Shown here: piece after piece, positions 30,336-40,121 of the stretch
Layout: each line of letters starts with the position of its first letter
Numbering within the stretch: position 1 is the stretch's first letter
Assembly: GCA_050953245.1 (NCBI GenBank)
Contig: JBMNMG010000005.1
Coordinates: 320,575 to 384,574, forward strand
Length of the DNA: 64,000 bases
Direction of reading: 5' to 3'
DNA from: Bacteroidales bacterium
Lineage (GTDB): Bacteria > Bacteroidota > Bacteroidia > Bacteroidales > BM520
The notes under the pieces: generated by a model
Seen by the model: the letters and a program-made list of their open reading frames with translations, nothing else
The model's database searches: none
Told to the model about the DNA's origin: nothing
Made by a program: the position numbers and the translations under genes

Positions 30336-30490
30336 CAAAAAATAGTAATCGTTGAAAAAAGACAACCACATTGGCCACACAATCCAAGGATCTAATTCCA
30401 ACAATTACTATTTTATGCAAAGGTAAAAAATCTTTTTTAAATAAACAAGAAAACTTTATAATAATTTCCTATATATCAAGTATTACAACT
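30336..30490 (+). repeat. structured repeat, copy 3 (tandem with copy 2; hairpin 30339-30414)
   Basis: Same arms and loop as copy 2, offset by 154 nt. The tail ...TTCCTA(A/T)ATATCAAGTATTA(A/C)AAC is also duplicated. Confidence 0.88.
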
Positions 30491-30554
30491 CAATATTTTT
30501 TCATAACTTAATAAAAAATTAATAAAATTTTCTGGGAATAGAATTCTTTATTTA

Positions 30555-30562
30555 TATCTTTG
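30555..30562 (+). promoter_or_regulatory. -7 box TATCTTTG
   Basis: TAnnTTTG match 92 nt upstream of the ATG at 30654. Confidence 0.4.
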
Positions 30563-30653
30563 TGCGAGATATTTAAATGTTTTTTTTAAATAGGGTTGCC
30601 GTTTGTGGTACACTTTCTATTAGTTAATTTTTTTACTTTTAAACAAAATCATT

Positions 30654-31496
30654 ATGAAGAAAAAACTTTTTTCAATACTTGTATTTGCCTCATTAACAAT
30701 TATGAGTGTTTCAGCTCAAAAAAGAGGAAACGTAAAACTACAACAAGATGTAGAACCGTTTACTGCCCTATCGGTGTCCGGTGATTGGGATGTTTATGTT
30801 CGTCAAGGTAATCATCAAAGTGTTTCCATCGAAACTAACAAAGAAGAGTTACTAGATTGTGCAGAGATTGAAGTAAGAAATGGAACATTGTATATTAAAA
30901 ACAATTGTAAGAAACATATGTTTCTAAAGGTTAATTCCCGTAATTTTTTTCAAAAGGTAACTATTACGGTAACCGATTTAAATAAAATTACTGCATCGGG
31001 TGGAGTAGATATTTATTTTGAAACACCGCTTGAAACAGAAGATTTTGAATTGGATATGAGCGGAGGATCTGATATTAATGACTTTTTGATTAGATGTACA
31101 ACTTTTAATGGTAAATTTACCGGTAGTAGCGATGCCAAAATAAGATTTCTTGCTGTTGAAGGTGTAGTAACTAGTATGAGTGGCGGCTCAGATGTGGAGT
31201 TACTTGATATTGATGCCCTACAAACTACTGTATCTGTATCCGGAGGGAGCGACTTGGAAATGACCGGGCAAACACAACGTCTTACTATAAGTGCATCCGG
31301 AGGAAGCGATCTCTCACTTTCTCGCTTTAGAGCATCGGGATGTGTCGCTGTTTTTTCCGGTTCTTCAGATGGAATTCTTAATGTTTCAGATATGTTGAAT
31401 ATTTCCCTTTCAGGATCCAGTGATGTGGTTTGTTTTGGTAATCCAAGAGATGTGACAAAACAGATTTCAGGAAGTAGTTCTCTAAAGTTTAGGTAG
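30654..31496 (+). CDS. secreted DUF2807 / head-GIN-domain-like beta-helix protein
   Basis: Signal peptide (…SVSAQ) and repeated SGGSD/SGSSD strands as in putative auto-transporter adhesin head GIN domains. Confidence 0.65.
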   Translation: MKKKLFSILVFASLTIMSVSAQKRGNVKLQQDVEPFTALSVSGDWDVYVRQGNHQSVSIETNKEELLDCAEIEVRNGTLYIKNNCKKHMFLKVNSRNFFQKVTITVTDLNKITASGGVDIYFETPLETEDFELDMSGGSDINDFLIRCTTFNGKFTGSSDAKIRFLAVEGVVTSMSGGSDVELLDIDALQTTVSVSGGSDLEMTGQTQRLTISASGGSDLSLSRFRASGCVAVFSGSSDGILNVSDMLNISLSGSSDVVCFGNPRDVTKQISGSSSLKFR

Positions 31497-31715
31497 TGAT
31501 AACAGTAACATCTTTCTACATTCCATTTACAAACTGAACACTTTTGTTTTATTCAGAAGTGTCTAAAAATCACATATTTGTACAATAATTTTGAATTGCA
31601 AGTTTCAGATTAAGATGCAAGGATTAAGACAGATGAAACCATAGTATTTGTTTCTGAAATTCAATCTCATTCAGGAAAAAGTGGATTGCAAAAATAATAC
31701 AAAAAATAAAAAAGT

Positions 31716-32411
31716 ATGAAGGCGACGATAATTATTGGAACACCATACAAAGGGTGCACTCATGCAATGCAAGAGCTATTCAAGGAACAGCTTTCAGTGC
31801 TTCACTCTCAGATTACTTTTGACGAATACGTTTTACCCAATGCTGCACCTCATTTTTGCATAGGCTGTAAAAATTGTTTTGAAATTGGGGAGGAAGCTTG
31901 TCCTCATTACGATTCAGTGGCACCGATATGGGCATCGCTCTTAGAATCGGATATACTTATTTTTATCTTTCCAATGTATGTGATGAGAGTTCCCGGACAA
32001 CTTAAAGCACTTTTGGATCACTTTGGATATCGTTGGGCTTCGCATCGTCCTGAGCCAAGAATGAGCGAAAAGCGTGCAATAATTATCACTCAAGGAATTG
32101 GTGCTCCTACGAAACATGCATTAAAAGATGTAGAAACCTCTCTTCGTTGGTGGGGTGTTTCAGATATTCGTTTGCTTGGTATTAAGCTGCTTGAAGGAGT
32201 AATCTGGGATAAACTCTCCCTTAAAAAACGTGCTGAAATAGAGCAGAAACTCAATCGTCTTGCATTATCTACAAAAAAGCCCTTGCGACGCAACCATCTT
32301 GAAACTTGGATCTTCTTCAAGATGTGTCAAGCCTTACAACGTAAGTTAGTAAAAAAAGGTGCTCCCTTTTCAATAGACACTCAATATTGGATAGATAATG
32401 ATTTACTTTGA
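31716..32411 (+). CDS. flavodoxin-like / NAD(P)H-dependent FMN reductase family protein
   Basis: N-terminal IIIGTPYKG..., CIGCKNC, and DILIFIFPMY...PGQLKALLD are typical of iron-sulfur flavoprotein-like reductases. Confidence 0.6.
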   Translation: MKATIIIGTPYKGCTHAMQELFKEQLSVLHSQITFDEYVLPNAAPHFCIGCKNCFEIGEEACPHYDSVAPIWASLLESDILIFIFPMYVMRVPGQLKALLDHFGYRWASHRPEPRMSEKRAIIITQGIGAPTKHALKDVETSLRWWGVSDIRLLGIKLLEGVIWDKLSLKKRAEIEQKLNRLALSTKKPLRRNHLETWIFFKMCQALQRKLVKKGAPFSIDTQYWIDNDLL

Positions 32412-32470
32412 TATGAATATCAAGATAAAATAAACAACCAATAGGTCACACTATTTACAGGTTCATAACA

Positions 32471-32516
32471 AAAAGGGTATAAAGCAAAAATCGCTACTTT
32501 ATACCCTTTTTATTTT
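32471..32516 (+). terminator. intrinsic terminator
   Basis: AAAAGGGTATAAAG / CTTTATACCCTTTT stem followed by a T-rich run. Confidence 0.75.
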
Positions 32517-32645
32517 TATAGCACAATTATTCTTGCGAAATACGAATTCTTTGATAGTCTAATTTCGGATTGCTTTTGGACATCGTTGAAAGAATCTGGG
32601 AGTGGCAGCAAAGCGTAGAATTTATATCTTTTGTAAAAAATATGT

Positions 32646-32653
32646 TATATTTG
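32646..32653 (+). promoter_or_regulatory. -7 box TATATTTG
   Basis: TAnnTTTG match 67 nt upstream of the ATG at 32720. Confidence 0.4.
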
Positions 32654-32719
32654 CAAGAATTGATTTTTCCCTTAAGATTAATAATAGATTTAAATTTTTA
32701 ATTCATTAATTTTCAATTT

Positions 32720-33319
32720 ATGGCAAAAGATAATGTTGATAATAGTACAAACAATAGGAATAAATCCTCTGTTTCTAAAAAGAATGTGAGTAGTAAAGCG
32801 AACGATAGCGGTAAAACCGTATCTGAGCAAAAGTTGGATTATCAGCGATATAAGTTAAGAGTAGATTTCTTAAAGTGGTTTCTTGCAAGTATTGTACTTG
32901 TAGTTATTACTATGATTATTGATTTTGGTTTTCGTGATAGACAAGCAGGGTTAAAAGAGATACAAGTTTATGATGAGTATGTATCGGAATTATTGATTTT
33001 AAATTCGGAACCCGGACAAAAGAGAATGTTAGCACAGTTTTTTGCAAATGTTACTCCTTCTAAAAGTTTACGTAAAGGATGGCAAAATTATTTTGAAATT
33101 GTAGATAAGGAGTATCAAGAGTATATAAAGCCTTTCGAGAAAAACGATTCCTTATTGCAGGAGAAGTATAATAAGATTTATTCTAAAAGCCCTAATTTCA
33201 CATCAACCGATAGTATAATGCTCAAAGAACTAAAGGCTGAGATTGAAGATAACAGAGCTAAAATTTATCCTAAACTTGTGCTTCCCTCAGATGTTAAGTT
33301 GAAGAGTTTCTTTGAATAA
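32720..33319 (+). CDS. hypothetical single-pass membrane protein
   Basis: Lys/Ser/Asn-rich N-terminus, one TM (WFLASIVLVVITMIIDF). Has its own promoter box and terminator. Confidence 0.45.
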   Translation: MAKDNVDNSTNNRNKSSVSKKNVSSKANDSGKTVSEQKLDYQRYKLRVDFLKWFLASIVLVVITMIIDFGFRDRQAGLKEIQVYDEYVSELLILNSEPGQKRMLAQFFANVTPSKSLRKGWQNYFEIVDKEYQEYIKPFEKNDSLLQEKYNKIYSKSPNFTSTDSIMLKELKAEIEDNRAKIYPKLVLPSDVKLKSFFE

Positions 33320-33334
33320 GTTTTCTTAAGTTTT

Positions 33335-33355
33335 AGGGATGCCATCCCTTTTTTA
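33335..33355 (+). terminator. intrinsic terminator
   Basis: AGGGA-TGCCA-TCCCT hairpin followed by TTTTTT. Confidence 0.6.
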
Positions 33356-33406
33356 TTGATATTAAAAAAAACACAATAAAGTTATTAGACTTTGCTTTAA
33401 ATTTAT

Positions 33407-33414
33407 TAATTTTG
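33407..33414 (+). promoter_or_regulatory. -7 box TAATTTTG
   Basis: TAnnTTTG match 31 nt upstream of the ATG at 33445. Confidence 0.4.
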
Positions 33415-33444
33415 TAAATAATATTTTGTATAAAAAATATTACT

Positions 33445-33996
33445 ATGAAGGATTTTTTTAAGTCTATAAGAAATCATATCTTTCGATTTTTTTATAGTTT
33501 GTTTTATAAGAGGAAGTACTTAAGAGGTCGCTATTTTGATGATGATTTTGTAGGATGGTTTTGGTGTTTTCGAGGTATTAACGGTAGGTTATTTGGAAAT
33601 AATAGAAAAATTGGATTTCCTGTACATCCCCAATCTACAGTGATTAATGAGAAAAACTTGGAGTTTGATGTAGATGATATTGTAGTTTTTCAGGCGCCAG
33701 GTTGTTATTGGCAAAATCATAAGGCAAAGATTATTATCGGAAAAGGATGTTATGTTGCTCCAAATGTTGGATTTATTACTACTAATCACGATATTTACGA
33801 TTTAGACAAGCATGTAGATGGTAAAGATATCAAGTTGGGAAATAATTGTTGGATAGGTATGAATTCTATGGTGCTTCCCGGTGTTGAGTTGGGCGATAGA
33901 ACTATAGTTGGTGCCGGTTCCGTAGTTACAAAAAGTTTCCCTGAGGGGAATGTTGTAATAGTAGGAAATCCTGCACAAATCGTTAACAATTTATAG
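33445..33996 (+). CDS. hexapeptide-repeat (LbH) acyltransferase
   Basis: IGKGCYVAPNVG, LGNNCWIGMNSMVLPGVELGDRTIVGAGSVV and VGNPAQIV. Confidence 0.75.
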   Translation: MKDFFKSIRNHIFRFFYSLFYKRKYLRGRYFDDDFVGWFWCFRGINGRLFGNNRKIGFPVHPQSTVINEKNLEFDVDDIVVFQAPGCYWQNHKAKIIIGKGCYVAPNVGFITTNHDIYDLDKHVDGKDIKLGNNCWIGMNSMVLPGVELGDRTIVGAGSVVTKSFPEGNVVIVGNPAQIVNNL

Positions 33997-34012
33997 ATAA
34001 AAAGTTTGTAGG

Positions 34013-35281
34013 GTGAAAAAGTTATCGAATAATAATTTTTTATTTTCTATTACTACTTTAGCTACAGGTTCTGTATTGGCTCAGCTTATCACTGTGTTAT
34101 GTTCGCCTATTTTAACAAGATTATTTACTCCTGCCGAAATGGGGGCATATACTTATTTACTATCTTTTGGAACAATCTTCCTGGGAATTATCAATGCTAA
34201 ATATAATATGGCAGTTGTTGTAGAACAAGATGATCGCAATGTATTTGCATTGATAAAACTTTCCATTATTATAGGGTTGATAATCACTGTTTTAGGTAGT
34301 ATTATTTTTGTTGGATATAATGCCATATTTAATCATGTATTCAACCTTGATGAGGTTTTATTTATTTTTTTCCTACTCTTGTCTTATGCCCTTATAGAAG
34401 TGCTCACAGCCTATAATAATAGACAAAAAGAGTATAAGATTATGGCAAGCGTAAGTGTAATCAGATCGTTTTTCCAAAACATCGGAGCAGTAATCTTAGG
34501 CTTTTTTAAAGTAGGGAAGTTTGGTTTAATAATACCTTACGTTGTTGGGCAGTATATGGGAGTAGGTAGGCAAGGTAAAACATTAAAACACCACATAAAA
34601 GACATCAAAAGCGTTGCTAAAGAAGAGCTTAAAACAGTAATGATTAAGCATAAACGTCAGCCGTTATTTTCTGCACCTGCAGCCTTAGCTAATAACTTTT
34701 CATATTCGTCTATTACTATCTTTTTAAAAACAATTTTTGGCAATACATATGTTGGTTTTTACTCTATATCTGTTACTTTACTTGGAATGCCATTATCGTT
34801 AATCAGCAACAATGTGTCTAAAGTGTTTTTTGAAACAGCAGTTAAAGAGTATAATCAATCAGGAGAGTATATCAAATCTTTTAAAAAAGTATTTTTCTTT
34901 CAATTGTTATTAGCAATTCCGATGGTGCTAATAATGTACTTTTTTGGTCCTCCCATCTGTGCTTTTGTCTTTGGCAGCGAGTGGAGAGTTGCTGGCGATT
35001 ATATTCAAATCTTAGCACCAATGTTTGGTGTCAGATTTATAGTAACCACATTATCAGTAGCTTTAATTATTGTAAATAAACAGATGATCGATTTAATATT
35101 ACAAATACTATTTGTAGTATCATCAGTATTATGTTTTGTATTATGCTATTTTTATAAATTTTCGATTACTAAATATTTAACAATAATCACGATTTTATTT
35201 TCAGTAGTATATATAATTTACTTAGGTGTAATTTATTATTACTCAAAAAATAGAAAAAAGTCACATAAAAAATCTAAATAA
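34013..35281 (+). CDS. oligosaccharide flippase-family (Wzx/MOP-like) membrane protein
   Basis: 422 aa, polytopic, N-terminus resembles polysaccharide-biosynthesis proteins. GTG start as tracked. Confidence 0.6.
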   Translation: MKKLSNNNFLFSITTLATGSVLAQLITVLCSPILTRLFTPAEMGAYTYLLSFGTIFLGIINAKYNMAVVVEQDDRNVFALIKLSIIIGLIITVLGSIIFVGYNAIFNHVFNLDEVLFIFFLLLSYALIEVLTAYNNRQKEYKIMASVSVIRSFFQNIGAVILGFFKVGKFGLIIPYVVGQYMGVGRQGKTLKHHIKDIKSVAKEELKTVMIKHKRQPLFSAPAALANNFSYSSITIFLKTIFGNTYVGFYSISVTLLGMPLSLISNNVSKVFFETAVKEYNQSGEYIKSFKKVFFFQLLLAIPMVLIMYFFGPPICAFVFGSEWRVAGDYIQILAPMFGVRFIVTTLSVALIIVNKQMIDLILQILFVVSSVLCFVLCYFYKFSITKYLTIITILFSVVYIIYLGVIYYYSKNRKKSHKKSK

Positions 35282-35383
35282 TCTAAAACTTAGATATTTA
35301 ATTTTTAATAAATAAAAAAATACCTTAACTTTATCAATTCTTAATTTATATAATAATAACTTAATATTTAAGAATTAATATAT

Positions 35384-37537
35384 ATGAAAAAAATATCCTC
35401 TATAATCGTAGCAATAATCATATCATTCTCAGTATTTTGCAATCCTGTAAGTAAAAAAGATGCAGTTACTATTGCTAATACTTTTATCAAAAGTCATAAT
35501 TTAAGTATAGATAGAGTTTCTTTAGATAATTTAGTATTAACGGAAACTTCTAAAGATAGTGAGCCTTTATTTTATGTGTTTAGTAATGATTATGGCTTTA
35601 TTATTGTTTCAGGTATTAATTCTACTCTGCCTATTATCGGATATTCGGAAGAGAGTTCTTTTGAGCTAGATAATATCCCTCCTAATTTAGAACAAATTTT
35701 ATCTACTTATAAAGAAGAAATTCAATATGCATATAATAACAACATTCGTTTAAACGAAACTTCAAGAACAGCTATTGAAAATCAATTATCTAATGTTCCT
35801 AAGTATGAAACGGAAGTTGAGCAATTGTTAGGAAATATTAAATGGAATCAATGGCCATATTATAATGCTTTATGTCCTTTCGATGAAGATGAAGGTTATA
35901 TATGTCCTGTTGGTTGTGTTGCTACGGCTATGGCTCAAATTATGAAGTATTGGTCTTATCCTGATAGAGGCGAAGGCTATCATTCTTATAGTTCTAATTA
36001 TGGAAGTTTATCTGCAGATTTCAATACGGATTACAAATGGGAAAACATGCCTGAACCAATGTTAACATCTCCTAATGCTGAGTGTGCTAAAATTAGTTAC
36101 CATTGTGCAGTTAGTGTAGATATGAATTTTTCTCCTTATGGTAGTGGTGCGTATCAAGACAAAGTTCCATATAGTTTAGCTACTTATTTTAAATATGACA
36201 ATACTGCTGAAAATGTAGAAAGATATTATTATTCTGATGAAGACTGGGATAACTTACTAAAAACAGAATTGGATTTAGGTCGTCCTATTCAATATGCAGG
36301 ATATAATTCATCCGGTGGTGGCGGTCACTCTTTTGTTTGTGATGGATACGACAATAATGGCTATTTTCACTACAATTGGGGATGGGGCGGTTCTTATAAC
36401 GGATATTTTTTAACTCACGTATTAATACCTGATGGTTCCGGAGTTGGTGGAGGTTCGGGAGATTTTAGTTATTATCAATCTATAGTTATAGGCATTCAAC
36501 CCATAGATATCACCACAAGCGTTCCATCCGGTTTAGTTGCTATAGATATTACTTCCGGTAGTGCATTATTAAAATGGGATAGAATTCCAATTGCATCTTC
36601 TTATAATGTTGAAATAAAGAAAGAAGGCACAGAAAATTGGACACTTTTAACCTCGGAGGTTAATAGTCTGGAAGTTACAGAATTAGATGATAATACAACT
36701 TATGAGTGGCGAATTAAAGCTCTCAAAGAGGAATTAGAAAGTGAGTATTCGGAAATTAAAACTTTTACTACTTATCCTGAAGGAACTTGTTATCCTGTAC
36801 AGGAATTTACCGTAATAGATGATGGGTATCAAAATGTAATTCTTTCTTGGATAGCACCTCCGTCTGATCCTGCAAAAGATAACTTTATCTATAAACTTTA
36901 TAGAGATGATGAGCTGATAGAAACTACTACTGAGCTAACTTATACAGATGAAAATGTAGAACCCGGAGATCATAGTTATTGTATAATCGTAGAACATTCC
37001 GATTGTATGTCCGATCCTATTTGTAAAGATATTTATGTAGAGGAGTTTATCTGCTATCCTGTACAAAATGTGACTTACGAGATAATAAACGATAACAATG
37101 TTAAAATTAGTTGGGATGCTCCTGAAAATGCAAAAAATAGAAATATCAGTTACAGATTTTATATAAATGATGTCTTTAAAGGTACAGTTAGTATGACTAG
37201 CTATACACATGTAAATGTTGCAGTAGGAACTTATAAATATTGCATAGAAGCCGAGCATACAGATTGTATATCGGAAAAAGTTTGTGTAGAAGTAGATGTA
37301 GTTACAGGAATTGAAGACATCAAAAACTTAAACATTTATCCAAACCCGACTAATAGTGTTGTTAATATAGAAGGCGTAAATATTAAAGAAGTTCGCATAT
37401 ATAATAACATTGGTAGATTAGTCGAAATAGTGGATACAAATACTATAAATGTTTCTAATTATACTCCTGGTGTGTATATTTTAAGAATAGTTTCTATAGA
37501 TGGTGAAATTTACAAATCTAAACTTGTTGTGAAATAA
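35384..37537 (+). CDS. C10-family (streptopain-like) cysteine peptidase with Spi-type prodomain, FN3-like repeats and T9SS C-terminal sorting domain
   Basis: Catalytic Cys context CPVGCVATAMAQIMKYW and His context GGHSFVCDGYD. C-terminal NIYPNPTNSVVNIEG...YILRIVS...KLVVK is a Por/T9SS CTD. Confidence 0.85.
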   Translation: MKKISSIIVAIIISFSVFCNPVSKKDAVTIANTFIKSHNLSIDRVSLDNLVLTETSKDSEPLFYVFSNDYGFIIVSGINSTLPIIGYSEESSFELDNIPPNLEQILSTYKEEIQYAYNNNIRLNETSRTAIENQLSNVPKYETEVEQLLGNIKWNQWPYYNALCPFDEDEGYICPVGCVATAMAQIMKYWSYPDRGEGYHSYSSNYGSLSADFNTDYKWENMPEPMLTSPNAECAKISYHCAVSVDMNFSPYGSGAYQDKVPYSLATYFKYDNTAENVERYYYSDEDWDNLLKTELDLGRPIQYAGYNSSGGGGHSFVCDGYDNNGYFHYNWGWGGSYNGYFLTHVLIPDGSGVGGGSGDFSYYQSIVIGIQPIDITTSVPSGLVAIDITSGSALLKWDRIPIASSYNVEIKKEGTENWTLLTSEVNSLEVTELDDNTTYEWRIKALKEELESEYSEIKTFTTYPEGTCYPVQEFTVIDDGYQNVILSWIAPPSDPAKDNFIYKLYRDDELIETTTELTYTDENVEPGDHSYCIIVEHSDCMSDPICKDIYVEEFICYPVQNVTYEIINDNNVKISWDAPENAKNRNISYRFYINDVFKGTVSMTSYTHVNVAVGTYKYCIEAEHTDCISEKVCVEVDVVTGIEDIKNLNIYPNPTNSVVNIEGVNIKEVRIYNNIGRLVEIVDTNTINVSNYTPGVYILRIVSIDGEIYKSKLVVK

Positions 37538-37588
37538 AACTTTATGCAATAATATTTGTCAAAATAATAATAATATAATAAAAATAAA

Positions 37589-39787
37589 ATGAAAAAAACA
37601 TTCTCAATAATCCTAGCAATAATAATATCGTTATCAGTATTTTGCAATCCGATAAGTAAAAAAGATGCAGTAACTACTGCTAATACTTTTATTAAAAGTC
37701 ATAATTTAAAGTTACAGCAAGTATCTTCAGATAATATAGTTTACACTTCAACCTTTGATGATAATAATCCGGCATTCTATGTGTTTAGTTTTAACAACGA
37801 TGGGTTTATTATAGTATCTGCACAAGATTTTACATATCCTATATTGGGATATTCTGAAAATGTAGGATTTGATCCTAATAACATACCTGATAACCTAAAA
37901 GAAGTATTGTTAGGCTATACCCAAGAGATAGAATTTGGAGTTAAAAATAATTTTCAAGTCAACAGCTATATTCAAAAAGTAAAAGACGATCAAATAAACA
38001 ACAGTTCTAAAGATGTAAAATCTGTAGAACCCTTATTAGGTGAAATTCAATGGGATCAGCGTCCATTCTATAACGATATGTGTCCAATTGATCCGATTTG
38101 GGGTGTTAGATGCCCGGTAGGATGTGCTGCCACTGCAATGGTTCAGATAATGAGATATTGGGAACACCCATCACAAGGCGAAGGTTCACATTCTTATAAC
38201 CACAACTCTTATGGAAATTTATCTGCAGATTTTACATGTACTTACGATTGGGCAAACATGCCAAAACCAACGTTAACCGGTCCAAACACCGAATGCGCTA
38301 AGGCAAGTTATCATTGTGCAGTTAGTATTGATATGAATTTTTCCCCTAATGGAAGTGGTGCTTATTTAGCTGATGTGGGGTCAGCTTTAAAAACATATTT
38401 TAAATACGATCCCAGCCTTAATGTAAAAAACAGATCCTCATACACGGAATCTGTTTGGAAACAAATGATAAAAGAAGAGTTAGATAATGGCAGACCTGTG
38501 GAATATGCAGGTTTTGATGCTTACTATACTTCCGGTCATGCTTTTGTTTGTGATGGTTACAATGAAGATTTTTTCCACTTCAATTGGGGATGGAGTGGTG
38601 CATATGATGGATATTTTTCTTTAAACGCATTAATTCCTGATGGAACAGGAACAGGTGGCGGTTCCGGTGACTTCAGTTATGGACAGCATGTTCTTTTTGG
38701 TATTCAACCTATCGAAGAAGTTAGCATAGAAATTCCAACTAACTTGGAAACCACAGATATTACAGAAAACAGTGCTAAGTTAAATTGGGATGAAGTTGAA
38801 TCAGCAGAAAAATATAAAATTCAATATAAAATAGCAGATGAGCCTAATTGGAAAATAAGGACAACTACAGACAACTTCTTATCAATCCGTAACTTACAAA
38901 GTGAAACAAATTACGTTTGGAGAGTTAAAGCTATCTATCAAAATGAAGAATCGGATTATTCCGAAACAGACAGTTTCACAACTCTAGAGCAAATCTGTGA
39001 TCCTATAGAAAACTTAGAAGCCACGGTAACAGATTACCAAGTAGAACTAAATTGGGAATTGTCAAAATATGCGGAAGCCATCTCGAAAAATAGAAATATT
39101 AAATTTAATATTTACAGAAACGACTCATTCTTATCAACAACAACAAATAATTCATATACCGATAAAAATGTAGAAGTCGGTACCCATAACTATTGTGTAG
39201 AAGTTGTATATCCTGCATGCACATCAGAACAAGTTTGCGTTGACGCTACAGTAATCGAAATAGATGCATGTACACCAGTACAAAATCTAACGGCAGAAAA
39301 TGTTGGTCAAACTAATGTAATTAAATTAACTTGGGATACTCCGGAAGGTGCAAAAAACAGAGCATTAACTAATTATGTAATATATTTAGACAACGAAGAA
39401 ATTGCTAATATTTCAGATGTTACAACAACAGAATATATAGACAAAACATTCGAAAGCCAAGACATAGATAATGATTATGCAGTAAGTTATTGTATTAAAG
39501 CAGTATACGCAACTTGTGAATCTGAAGAAGCTTGCACCGACGTTGATGTGTTAGTAGGTATCGAAGATAATCCAGACATAAACATCTATCCTAACCCGGC
39601 AAATAACTTAGTAACAATTTCCGGAATTAAAGTAAAAACTGCTCGTGTCTACAACAATACCGGCCAACTAATACAAGAAGTTTATGGTAATATTATAGAC
39701 GTATCTAATCTTAGAGATGGCATCTATATGATAACCTTTATCACCGAAGATGGCAATTTCTACAAATCTAAGCTTGTAGTTAATTAA
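37589..39787 (+). CDS. C10-family cysteine peptidase, tandem paralog, with T9SS C-terminal sorting domain
   Basis: CPVGCAATAMVQIMRYW, SGHAFVCDGYN, and the C-terminal NIYPNPANNLVTISG...YMITFIT...KLVVN. The first 40 aa are nearly identical to the upstream paralog. Confidence 0.85.
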   Translation: MKKTFSIILAIIISLSVFCNPISKKDAVTTANTFIKSHNLKLQQVSSDNIVYTSTFDDNNPAFYVFSFNNDGFIIVSAQDFTYPILGYSENVGFDPNNIPDNLKEVLLGYTQEIEFGVKNNFQVNSYIQKVKDDQINNSSKDVKSVEPLLGEIQWDQRPFYNDMCPIDPIWGVRCPVGCAATAMVQIMRYWEHPSQGEGSHSYNHNSYGNLSADFTCTYDWANMPKPTLTGPNTECAKASYHCAVSIDMNFSPNGSGAYLADVGSALKTYFKYDPSLNVKNRSSYTESVWKQMIKEELDNGRPVEYAGFDAYYTSGHAFVCDGYNEDFFHFNWGWSGAYDGYFSLNALIPDGTGTGGGSGDFSYGQHVLFGIQPIEEVSIEIPTNLETTDITENSAKLNWDEVESAEKYKIQYKIADEPNWKIRTTTDNFLSIRNLQSETNYVWRVKAIYQNEESDYSETDSFTTLEQICDPIENLEATVTDYQVELNWELSKYAEAISKNRNIKFNIYRNDSFLSTTTNNSYTDKNVEVGTHNYCVEVVYPACTSEQVCVDATVIEIDACTPVQNLTAENVGQTNVIKLTWDTPEGAKNRALTNYVIYLDNEEIANISDVTTTEYIDKTFESQDIDNDYAVSYCIKAVYATCESEEACTDVDVLVGIEDNPDINIYPNPANNLVTISGIKVKTARVYNNTGQLIQEVYGNIIDVSNLRDGIYMITFITEDGNFYKSKLVVN

Positions 39788-39797
39788 TATATTATTT

Positions 39798-39983
39798 GGG
39801 ATGGCTTCTCCAAATTCTAGGGATGGCTTCCCGAAAATTTAGGGATGGCTTCCCTAAATCTCATTAAAAGTTACTTGTAATTTGATGATAATTAGATTGT
39901 TGTGTAAAAAATAATATGAGATGGCTTCTCTAAAATTTGGAGATGGCTTCCCGAAAATCTGGAGATGGCTTCCCTCTTTGTTA
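39798..39983 (+). repeat. left module: 3 + 3 units of a 22-bp-phased repeat (core GRGATGGCTTCYC)
   Basis: Unit starts at 39798, 39820, 39842 and at 39918, 39940, 39962. A 54-nt conserved AT-rich spacer lies between the clusters. Confidence 0.92.
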
Positions 39984-40121
39984 AAAATTTTGAAATTATT
40001 TTGCGGTTTGTATATTTTTTTGGATAGTAAACATACCTCTGACTTTTCAATTTATTGAAAAAATTGAAAAAGAGTGTAACCTAAAATTATTTTGTTGGGC
40101 TAAATATTATTTAGGATATGT

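Noticed and set aside
33335-33349. AGGGATGCCATCCCT resembles the RAYT-array core (AGGGATGGCTTCCC)
   Set aside because: Here it is a perfect small hairpin followed by a T-run directly after a stop codon, so it is a normal terminator. The similarity may hint at the origin of the repeat, but it is too short to claim.
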